Shown here one piece after another: positions 39,415 through 50,580 of a stretch of DNA of 64,000 nt. Positions within the stretch are counted from its first letter, which is position 1. Each line of letters begins with the position of its first letter. The notes under the pieces were generated by a model. The model was not told where the DNA came from and made no database searches. It was given only the letters and a program-made list of their open reading frames with translations. Location: assembly GCA_015680685.1 (NCBI GenBank), contig MNCI01003467.1, forward strand, positions 593,388-657,387, read 5' to 3'. The position numbers and the translations under genes were made by a program. The DNA is from Gnetum montanum. Taxonomy: Eukaryota; Plantae; Gnetophyta.

Positions 39415-39660
39415 CGATTATGGTCCATAATGGTCTTAAACTATTGCTACGGCCTGCCAAGTTCTAAAATTGGCAACCCACACTCAAAAATTACATTACG
39501 TATGGCCCAAAATGGCCTTAAACTAGCAACGACTTGAAATGGCCTTAAACTAGCAATGGCCCGAAATGGCCTTAAACTAGCAATGGCTTGAAATGGCCTA
39601 AAACTAGCGATGGCCCGAAATGGCTTAAAACTAGCGATGGCTCGAAATGGCCTTAAACTA
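39415..39660 (+). repeat. 27-bp tandem array TGGCCCGAAATGGCCTTAAACTAGCAA downstream of the B2 protease
   Basis: About 6 tandem copies at 39502-39660 plus degenerate copies upstream. Confidence 0.9.
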
Positions 39661-39921
39661 AAATAAGGGGCCCAAGCACATTAATAAACACATTAACTAA
39701 AAGAAATAAAACAAGTGTTTTAATTTTCATTAAATATAAGTCCATACTCAAAATACATAACAACAAGCATTTCATTTTAAAGAAAAAATTTGCCAATGGG
39801 CTATGAGTCTCTGCGAGTATCTTTATCCCTTGTCCCACTAGGCCTTACATCCTCATTCGGGTCTTGCATAAAGCAAGAATAGAATAATGAGTCAAATTAC
39901 AATCACATTTCATAAAATAAA

Positions 39922-42900
39922 CTATAATATAGTAAAGCTTACATCCATCTTTGGAGGTATTTTGTCCATGTCTTTTGCTAAGCATTGAAGAATCTCCTCC
40001 TCGCTCAAGTTTGCCCAATCTTCTTCCCCCAAGTTAATGCTTGTTGCAATCTTCCCCTTCTTCATAGCTATGCAAGTGGGTGGCCTTAGAGAAAATGTGG
40101 TAGTAGTGGTTTCCTCGAAAGGCAAGGTCATCTCTCTCTTAGGAGATTCACTCACCACCACATGTTTTGTAAATTTTTCATAAGACTTGGTAGCACCAAT
40201 TACATCAAGAAATAGCTCATGAGTATGCAATTCAATGGAAGCATCTTGATATTTCTGATAGTAGGTAGCACATTCCACCTTGTACGTGTGTTTATGATTT
40301 TTTTGTGCCTACCCCCATTCATACACCTTGGTGCTGTAATCTTTCTAGTCCAAATTTTTCTGGGCCAGTAGATCCATTTGCAAGTGTTGTTCAATTATCT
40401 CATGGGTAGCCTTGTTTTTACCCTATACGGCCAACCAATATCCTGCATAATCAATCACAGCCATACACCAACTACCGTCAGAAGTGTCATGGGCCATCAA
40501 GAATTTATTCCTTGATCGTAGATCTTTTAGTTCAACTGCTTGACTAGATTTCTCCTTTTCAAGCTTCTGGACCTACTTCCAGAGGTCTTCATTGACGCAC
40601 CTGCACTCCCACAAGGATCGTGCCTTCTTGTGTATATCATGAGGCACCTTGGTTACCTCTAGAGGGAGCTCAGGCACAGTGTCAACTTCAACTGCCTGTC
40701 TTGGGTTCCACTTTAGTCGAGAAGCTGTTATACCCAACATGAGAAGGCATTAGTCATGAGATGATGGCAAAAATATAACAACACAGAGAGCAAACATTAT
40801 AATTCAAACACACCTATCTCAAGATCAATTTGCCTTAAGCGATCAATCATGTCATCAACTACCCCATCCATAATGGCAAACTTATCTGGGGTCTCAGTCC
40901 ATGGTTGGAGGTGACATGAAGAGGAAGAATCGAGAGCCTTCGTAGTAGTGTTTGTTGCACAAAAAAGCATGTTAGCATGGTGAAGAAGAGGAAAATAAAA
41001 CTAAGAAGTAACATAAATGATAGTGCAAAGCTCCTACCCAGCAAACCCTTAGGGGTGAGAGTAGGGGGATCACCCATCGGCACACTGTCAAGAAAACTAT
41101 CAAACTCAGCAACATCAAACTATAGCCCCTCTCCCTCAAGTTGACTTAACAATATAGCAGTGTCTTCAATTGTCATGTGTCCCTCAGGTGCTGGGGCACA
41201 CTCTGTGAAAGGTTCATCTACAATAGGGGCCTCTTCCTTTGTGGTAGGGGCCTCCTCCTCTACAACCATGGCCTCTTCTTCTTCTATGGTAGGGGCCCCT
41301 CCGTCAGGGGCCAAAGCTTCTTCTTCATCATCTATTAAACACATCTAAAGTGAGCATGCTAGTCTAACAAAAAGGGGGGGGGGGGGGGGTGAGGGGTAGC
41401 TAATGAGATAATTAAACCATACTCACCAACACATGCAGGCTACACTTTATGAACCTTGATCCATAATCCTTTGCCTCTTTCTTCACTGGTACATGGAGGC
41501 TCTTCTACGGGATGAGATTTCTTGCATTGCAATTTTGATTTTACCATTTCAGTAATAAGGCGTTCCCCCCTTATTACATTGCTTGTGTTAGAGGGAGGCA
41601 CTTATCCAATGGTGTCTTTTGCATAAAAGGACTGTCCCACCTGATCATTCGTTGTTATTAAAAAAGACTCCCCAATAGCTTCTGTGGGGTCCTGGGATCA
41701 AGTGGTGTGAAATACTTGGTAGATCCATGGTTTGGATCTAGGTGCGATCCTGCAACACCTAGATGCCATTTTCTTGGACCACCAATAATTTAGGAAATCA
41801 TCGTAGGCAAGCTATAAAAAAGGAAAAATGCACATTAAAATGTGCATCAAGCTTCTCATGAAAATTTTTCCTTGGGAGAGTAACTTGGGAAAGCATAGGC
41901 CCAGAAGACAGGGTAAACCTTATGGGCTACCTCTAGCTTGATCTTATTCATGTAAATCCCCTTTTGATCTTTGCTAGTCCCTAGCCATTCTTCTATGTCC
42001 CCTTGATGGTTTACATATTTGTTGGTCTTCTTCCCTATATGTAATCCATTAGAAGGAACACTGAAGAGATCTGCAAAAAGGCTGTTGGTGATCTCAAACA
42101 GCACCCGCACATTATGCACCCACGTGCGAAAGCAGTAAATCCTTTTTGTAAAAGAATCAACAAGGACGACCAGCTCTACAGCTAGAATGCTTGGAGTTAC
42201 TGCTAAAAATAGGTCCATGAGCCTAGCCTCCTGGACATTCTGAACAAGGGTGGCTATGACCCCATTGGATAACCGGCATTGTGTCTTGTCCACTTCACTA
42301 TATTTAAAGAAGAGGTTAGTTTCATCACATTTGGACATGATTACTGTAACCTTTGTGGATGTAGTTGTGATTGCAATAATCAACATAAAAATTAACAAAA
42401 GGCAAAAACAAAATCAATCACTTGAACACATGAAAACAAGTGCATAATCTAACCCACTGGGTGTGAATGGTGTGGGGAATGGTGGGATTTCCACTAGAAC
42501 TTCTTCCACAGCAAGTATTCGGTGGGATGCGCATTCACCATCCAACCATCCAAATTCTTTGCATTTCAGATAGAACTTGGCATACTTGGTTGGATAGATT
42601 TTGAAATCAGCCCCAAGCTATTCTATGACATGAGCATGCACGTTCCCAGTAGAAGAGAACTCTTGTAAGGTTGTTTGAGATGATGTTAATGCCCCCTCTT
42701 GATCGTGAAGCCCATCCTTGTCAATTATAAACCTGGCAACATATAGAATGCAATAAGAATTTTAACTATGCAATAAAAATGATGTAACATGCCTAAGTAT
42801 CTTCATAGGACTCACTCGCTAGCATAGTAGATAGTCCCAGGTGGATTTTGGAAGAAAGTGCCCATGTGATGAGCAATAAACAAGGTGTTGTACTTATGAT

Positions 42901-44310
42901 AACACTTAAATTCAGGCATAGACCAAACCCAAGACAAGTGTCTCAAACCTTTTTGATATCCATTTGAGCTCCTAGCCCCGTCTCCTTCAATAGATCCATC
43001 AGCCATAAAATTTAAGATGCCTCGGTTTGCCCTAGGTAATAGCATTTCAACCAAAACCTTGGCTATCTTGGTCGACAAGTGTGGCCATACCATCACACTG
43101 AAGTGGCAAAGGAGGAACTGTAGGAATTCCTACATGCCTTCTCAAAATCAGACTACCTAGTCCCTTACTCGTGCATGGGAAGGAGGAACATTGGCCACAG
43201 GGGCACTTAGGCAGCACAGAATCCCTACCAGCTCAATCACAATCAAGATGGATTTTAACATGACCTTGCATGATGTAGCACAAAGCATTAGTTCATAGTA
43301 TTCAAGTGACAGTTATTGTATAGTGTAGTAGCTTTTGGTATGCAAACTTTTCCTAAGTACAAAATGTTATGCCCTTGGATCGGTGAAGCAAACCCAAATT
43401 TGTGTTAGCATCAATTCCACTTTCATGAATTGACTTGTATAGTGTAGTAGCTACATTACGCATAACGTAGCAAGGTGGCGTGGGGCATAGTGTAGTGGGT
43501 ACACCTTGCACAGTGTAGCAGCTACAATACCTGTAGTGGACATACCCTATGCAATGTAACGACTATGTCACACATAGCATAACAACTACACCCCTGCATA
43601 GCGTGATGGTTGCGCCACGTGTAGCGTAACAGGCATAATAGCGTAGCAGGTATGACAACATAGCAAGCATAGCAGCGTAGCAAGTATGGTAGTGTAGTAG
43701 CATGATAGTGTAGTGTAATAGGTACCAAAAACATAACACAGCCTATTAGTCACACTGAAAAAAGTAACATGGCATAAGAAGGATCACACAATTTTTCCAT
43801 AGCCCTAGCCTTGTTCCATTGCATGGAATGTAACAAAATAAAATATAAACCAAAATCCCCTATGCTGTCTAGAACATGTGCTACACTGCCTTGAAACCTT
43901 GCAAACCAGAACTCCCTCTGTGGGTGCTACGCTACCCAGAACGTGTGCTATGCCACCCAGAATCTTGTAAACCCTAAAAATGATACATTGTCCCACCCAA
44001 AATAATGGTAGCCATGACAATGATGTGCAATAACCATAGTGTAGTAGTTGCGGTGGTGGTTGAGGCCATAATGAAAAAAGTCACAACATAGCAATGGTAA
44101 CGATCGCAGACACCAGGGTGCGATAATTACAGTAACAACCCCATTTAATAAATTGCACAATGTAAGCAAGGGTAGCGTAGCAACTTACTGGGTAGATGGC
44201 ACTTCTTGTCATTCCTCAATGCATGCCCTAGGAAGACATCATAAGGTGCATTCCCCTTCATCCACATTGGCAAGACCTTGATGCCTACGTTCACTCCTGC
44301 ACGTTATCAT
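39922..44310 (-). pseudogene. Multi-exon antisense accessory gene of B2 (basic N-terminus, PMD-like region, acidic exon, coiled-coil C-terminus)
   Basis: TATA CCTATAAATAGG at ~44438-44450. First exon MITCRSERRHQGL.. ends at a GTAAG donor (~44188). Introns 41332-41426 and 40725-40813 sit at the same positions as in A. Further GT/AG pairs near 42815/42735 and 42455/42350. Confidence 0.75.
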
Positions 44311-44437
44311 CTTGTTGTCAAACTCGGGTGTATTAATTGCTACGCTGCAACTGCTACGCAACCTCTCTATCTAAACCGTGCTATGCTTTGGGTGTTAGCT
44401 TTAATAGTAAAAATGACAAGATTGCCATGGGTAATCC

Positions 44438-44450
44438 CCTATTTATAGGT
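44438..44450 (-). promoter_or_regulatory. TATA box of the antisense gene
   Basis: CCTATAAATAGG on the minus strand, ~130 bp upstream of the putative ATG at 44310. Confidence 0.55.
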
Positions 44451-44654
44451 TACAAGGTTATAGTACTTGTTACTTTTCGGGATGTTCCATGTCCCATGCG
44501 TAACATTGGACGTCCTGTGCCCTACGCGTAACGTGAAATGCCCTTGTCCCCTACAGCATAGCATGGGACACCCCATGTCTACTACAGTGTAGCACATAGC
44601 TACAGCATAGCACGTAAATACACCAAAATTTTCATCTCATTTTTGTAATGTTGC

Positions 44655-44910
44655 ACAGTTATGGTCCGCTACGACGTTAAACTAGAAATTTTGACTTACA
44701 AAGTTGCACAGTGACGGTCTGCTATGACCTTAAAATGGCAATTTTTGGCATATAATGTTACCCGGTTATGGTCTGCTACAACCTTAAACTGGCAATTTTA
44801 GAGTTCCCTCTATATTCTAGTCATAGTGATGGTTTGCTACGACCTTAAACTGGCAATTTTGACATATGATTTTGCATGGGCGTGGTCTGCTAAGACCTTA
44901 AACTGACAAC
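44655..44910 (+). repeat. ~55-bp repeat array with core GGTCTGCTACGACCTTAAACTGGCAATTT upstream of B2 pol
   Basis: 5 copies between 44662 and 44910. Confidence 0.88.
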
Positions 44911-45020
44911 TTTTTAATGTTGCATCATTGTCTTGCATATATTTCATTACATGTTGCTATGTTAAGAAGGTATCACTTGACTTTGTTTGTTTTGCTTATT
45001 ATTGCAGGAGTGCTTAAAAA

Positions 45021-48000
45021 ATGGCTATGCATGATGATCTCTGTTTGCCCTTAACTCTGACAGGACCCCATGACAGGTTTATGAGACATTTGAATGTAGA
45101 GTTGCTAGACTTCGAACTGCCCCCTTATGACACCAACATAGCATCCTTAGAAACATCTCTACACTAGCCCGAACATATAGTCTAAGCTTTAGATTTAGAA
45201 GCTGGTGATGTAACTGAGGACCCCCTTATCGAAATCCCTATGACTACATCCAAAGGCGAGGTAGGAACATTAAAGGTTAGCTCTTTACTAGAGTCACAGG
45301 TTAAACAAAACATCTCTAAAGTCCTCAATGATACTGCCAAAGTGTTTGCATGGTCGTATGAAGATATGTCAGGCTTAGACCCATGCATCATACAACACAA
45401 TATCATCCTAGATTCACATGTCAAGGTGGTCAAGAAAAAAGGCCACAAGATCAAACTTGAGATTGCCTTAGCTGTACATGATGAAATCACCAAACTTTAT
45501 CAGGCTGGTTTCATCTAGGCTGTTGATTATTTAGACTAGGTTTCAAACATTGTAGTCATCCCCAAGAAAACTGGGAGTATACAAATCTGTATAGACTTCC
45601 AAGACTTGAATAAGGCAACAATTAAGGACGATTTCCCATTGCCTAGTATTGACCAACTTATCGATACAATGGCTGATCATGCCTTACTGTCCTTTATGGA
45701 TGGATTCTTAGGCTATAATCAAATCCACATAAATCTAGAACATCAACCAGCCACTACGTTCATGACCCCTTGGGGAACCTTTTGCTACATGATGATGCCC
45801 TTTAGGCTAAAAAATGTAGGAGCAACATACCAATGGACGATGACTAACATCTTTAGTGATTATCTTTTAGAGAAGCTAAATGATTACATGGATGATATAG
45901 CTGTTAAATTTGAGAAAGCTACTAATCATGAAAATGAGCTAAACTTGACCCTTCAACATTGTCAAAGGCATGAACTTTGCCTCAACCCAAGGAAATGTGT
46001 TTTCAGGGTCAAAACTAGATGCATGCTAGGCTTTGTCGTGTCAGAAACAAGAATACAAGTGGACCCTAATAAAGTTAAGGCCATTGTTAACTTGGCACCA
46101 CCTACAAACCTTAAGGAGTTGTGTGGGCTACAAGGCAGGGTACAATTCATAAGAAGATTTATCACAAGGTTAACTGATAAGTTGCATCTAATGCAACACT
46201 TGCTTAAAAAGGGAGTTAACTTTGAATGGACAAATCAATGTCAAGAAGCTTTTGATAGCTTAAAGAAAGAGCTTGTTCATCTGCCCACTATTTACATATA
46301 TATATATAATTACACATATATATCTATAAATCTTAGTNNNNNNNNNNNNNNNNNNNNNNNNNNNNNNNNNNNNNNNNNNNNNACCCATGCTAGGCATAGG
46401 GCCTTGTTTGAACCAATTCAATTTATAACAATAAAATATAAAATTTTAAAATTAAAAAATAGAACGCCATGAGGCTGCACATGGCCATTGTCCATGTGCT
46501 GGTGGGCTTCATTGGCCCGTAAAAAAAATAGATTTTAAAAGAAAAATAAATTAATACAGAACAAATCATGAGCAATAGGACTGCGCTAAAGAGAACGTCA
46601 CCTTCCCAAAAAAAATAATAATAAAAGGAATGAGGATCGACCAATGTGCATTGGAAAAAAATAAAATATAAACTTAAGGCTTATTTTCTTTTTTTTATTT
46701 TAGGTGGCTTACGTTGCAGTTGACGTGGAAAAGGCAGCTTGCGGTTTAGGGTTAGGGTTTTTCTCTCACCAGGCCACTATTTAAAGGGGACGTAGGCCTG
46801 TTTTCAGGAGGAGGCGGAGAGATCTAGGGCAGAGGCAGGGTTTCTGAGAAGCGCATGTCTGGAGGCGCAGAGGACGAGTTTCTCAGGGGCAACACCTATT
46901 TTCTTTGAGAGCATCTTTCTCTGTTCCTTGTTTTCTTTGATTCAGTTGATTGGGTTTTTATCTCTGTTTTGCTGTCTACGTTTTGAATCCTGTAATCAAT
47001 TCTGAAACATGTTTATCGTTCTTTTTAAATCAGAACTTTGAGTAAGATTTTCTGTTCCGATCATTTTGTCCGGATCTTCACATGAGTAACCAGGATCTTG
47101 ACTGTTTACTTTAATTTCCGAGGTTTTCCTCTAAGGATTCCACCTTTGAATTCCGTTTATCTGAATCTGTGCTTTGATTTTGAACAATTTATCCATTTCA
47201 TGGATCTTGCAATTTAGCTTTGGTGTATTGGGTGTAATTTGATCATAGCAACCGTCTATATACTTTTTATTTTTTTTATATAAGGTTATCTTGAATTTGG
47301 GTTTTGTGCGTAACTTTATTTTATTTATTTCTACAACATACAGTCTGTATACTTTGTTTGGCTGAATCTTCCTTCTATTTAGAGCACCAAATAAATTTTA
47401 ATTTTAATTTCAATTTTACTTTTTTTTGTCATTTATTTTATTCAAAAACCACACAAATATTTAATTTTGATTTTTAATTATTTTACTATGTTTTTCAAGA
47501 TTTAATAGAATTTTCATAAAATCAAATAAGTTTTTTTTTAATATTTTGCTTAAAATATTATGATTATTATTATTGTCACATGGCCCTTTCCAGCTGAGAC
47601 TATTCCTGGGTTTCCGTACCCATACGGGAGGTGCCCTAGGTGATAGTCTCCTAAAACAAGTTTTCACAGGTGTTCACGTGTCCAAAATTTATGCATCAAC
47701 AGCCTCAACCCAAGGAAATGTGTTTTCAAGGTCAAAACTAGATGCATGCTAGGCTTTGTCGTGTCAGAAACAAGAATACAAGGGGACCCTAATAAAGTTA
47801 AGGCCATTGTTAACTTGGCACCACCTACAAACCTTAAGGAGTTGTGTGGGCTACAAGGCAGGGTACAATTCATAAGAAGATTTATCACAAGGTTAACTGA
47901 TAAGTTGCATCTAATGCAACACTTGCTTAAAAAGGGAGTTAACTTTGAATGGACAAATCAATGTCAAGAAGCTTTTGATAGCTTAAAGAAAGAGCTTGTC

Positions 48001-50195
48001 CATCTGCCCACTATTTACCCTCCATAGAAAGACAAGCATTTTTACATTTATCTTGCCACTTCACACATGTCTATTGCTTCTTTGCTCTTCCAAAAGAGGG
48101 ATGATGGTTCCGAAATCCCTGTCTATTACTTGAGTCATGTGTTGGTAGCCTATGAAGCGAAATACAATGAAGTGGAGAAAAATTGTCTTGCTTTAGTGTT
48201 CGCGCTTAAAAAATGGAGGCATTATTTGTTTCGCAGCCAAGTAAACATTATTTGCAAGGCTATTACAACCAATATATATGAAAGTAGCAAGATAGCCTAA
48301 TGGAAAGCCATAACTGCAAAATTCAATGTACACTATGTAGCACAGTCATCTATAAAGGGTCAAGTAATAGCTATGCAACTTATGGATTCAGTTACCAAGG
48401 ACCAGGTAGTGATAGAACCTAAGGTTCCAATTGAGCACGTTAGTAGCATAAGCCCAGTACCCACAAATCTGAAGCCATCCTACATTTTGATGGTGCCTCA
48501 ACTATGCAAGGTGGCAGTGCTACCATTTTTCTCACATTTCCCTTCGGGGAGATATGACCTTTTGCATATCATTTCATGTTTCTTTGCATGAACAATGTAG
48601 CAGAATATGAAGGTCTCATTAGGGGCATTCTAGCGACTTGAGAGTTAGGAATCCAAAATTTAGCAATTATGGGTGACTTGTAATTAGTCATTAATCAAAT
48701 TACAGAGGTATTCGCTTACAAGGCACAACATTTACAACCTTACTATGATTTAGCCAAATATTTGCTAAAGCAATTTGGAACCTCATATGTCCAAAATGTA
48801 CCCTGTAATGAAAGTACTATAGCTGATGCATTAGCAATGTTGGCCTTGAGTGTGCCACCACACATGTTTGCCACCTTACCTGCTGCAATAGTAAAATGCA
48901 CCAACCCCATCATTCACATGGCTAATATTGTGTCTGTAAGTGCAATACATACTCAAGAATGGTATGATGACATTAAAACATACCTCCAACATGGTGAACC
49001 CCCACACAACTTGACACCTACCTAAAGGGATGCAATACAAAAGTGAGCACGATAATATGTCCTTGTAGGAGACAACACTCTATGAAAATGCTCTTATGAT
49101 GGGATATTGCTAGTTTGCGTTAATGGAGATGAAGCATAAAAAATTGTTGATGAAGTCCATAAGGGAATATGTGGAGGGCACATAGCTCTTAGGGCTATGG
49201 CAACAAAACTTAGGTGTTTGGGCTACTACTGGCCTTATATGGAGCAAAATTATGTCTCTAAGGTTAGAACATGTGATGTGTGTCAATGTCATGGGAACCT
49301 CATACATTTCTCACCTACCAAACTGCATACCACACAAATAACATCTTCCTTTCAACATTGGGGACTTGACATTGTAGGATCCATTACACCTAAGTCTTTT
49401 GCAAGGCAAAGTTTCATCATTACTACAATCGAGTACTTTACGAAGTGGGTAGAAGCCATTCCTCTCAGAAAGAACACATCCCAACAAGTTTGCAAGTTCA
49501 TTTTGGACAACATAGTGACATATTTGGCCTTCCCATGACTATTGTTACCGACAATGAGCCACAATTCAGTAGCACAGAAACCAAAGCCTTTTGTGAAAAT
49601 CTTGGTATCAAACATTCTTTCTCATTGTCATATTACCCCCAGGAAAATGGCCAAGTAGAGGCTACCAACAAAGTCATCATCAACCTTTTGAAAAGGATGC
49701 TTAGCAACAGCAAGAGGTGATAGCATGAGAAAATCCTCTATGTGCTTTGGGCTTATTGCACAACATGTAGGACAACTACAGTAAGACCATGTACAGTCTT
49801 GTATACGGATCTGAAGTAGTGTTACCCCTAGAATTACAGGTCCCGTTGCTTCGAATGATCCTTTCAAATGTCATGGATGAGGCTCAAAACAACAAGTCAA
49901 GGATCATTAACGTTAACTCTGTAGAGGAAGAGCACACCCAAACACTTAACCACATTGAGTGGTACCAAGACAAGCAATGACAAAAACATCACTACAATTT
50001 GTACCAATGATCGATCAAAAAGGGGAACTTAGTCCTCAAGGCTATTTGCAATCCCGTGAATAAATTCTCAACCAATTGGGAAGGCCCCTTTGTAGTTACA
50101 AAAGCATATGAGAATGGGGCATCCAAGCTATCTGAAGTAGATGACAATGAATTCCCAAATCTTGTCAATCATTTGTACTTGAATACTATGCTTAA
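45021..50195 (+). pseudogene. pol: Pol of B2: RT - RH - aRH - INT (interrupted at 46293-47701)
   Basis: VFAWSYEDMSGLD, LSFMDGFLGYNQI, YMDDI; RH PVYYLS..EKNCLAL; aRH FDGA..NNVAEYEG; INT GYYWP..WGLDIVG..YFTKWVEA..YYPQENGQVEATNK..WEGPF. Confidence 0.93.
46383..47701 (+). mobile_element. LTR of an unrelated family (solo LTR or 3' end of an element hidden in the gap) inserted in B2 RT
   Basis: TATA-like CTATTTAAAG at ~46777, T-rich U5-like region and terminus ..TTTATGCATCAACA at 47701, followed directly by RT sequence GCCTC. Confidence 0.65.
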
Positions 50196-50239
50196 CATGG
50201 AAGATTACACCAAACATAAAGCAAGGTAAGAAGATAGTT

Positions 50240-50580
50240 CGCTATGACTATAAACTGGCACAAAACATCTGCTATGATGTAAAACGAGCACATAACATCT
50301 ATTATGATGTTAAATTGATACAACATGTCTTTGGGTCATGACATAAAACTGGCACCCATAGATTGTCCTTGGGCCATGATGTAAAACTAGCACCCATAAC
50401 ATGGTCCTCTACAACCTTAAACTGGCCATCCCCCATCCACTACGACATTAAACTAGAACAATGGTTTGCTAGGACCTTAAACTAGCACAACTCGATCTGC
50501 TCAGAACTTAAATTAGGACCATGGTTTGCTAGGACTTTAAATTAACACATCTGATAGTCCACTAGGACCTAAAATTGGGT
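50240..50580 (+). repeat. ~30-bp degenerate array with core GCTA(C/G)GACCTTAAACTAGCAC downstream of B2 integrase
   Basis: About 11 copies; positional equivalent of 12940-13230 in A. Confidence 0.85.

Noticed and set aside
44190-44270. TIR-like peptide YDVFLGH on the minus strand
   Set aside because: A very short match in an alternative frame of the antisense gene's first exon, with no further TIR motifs.
50240-50580. CRISPR-like repeat/spacer appearance (also 12940-13230)
   Set aside because: Eukaryotic retrotransposon context, degenerate repeats, spacers of only ~10 bp that resemble each other, and no cas genes.
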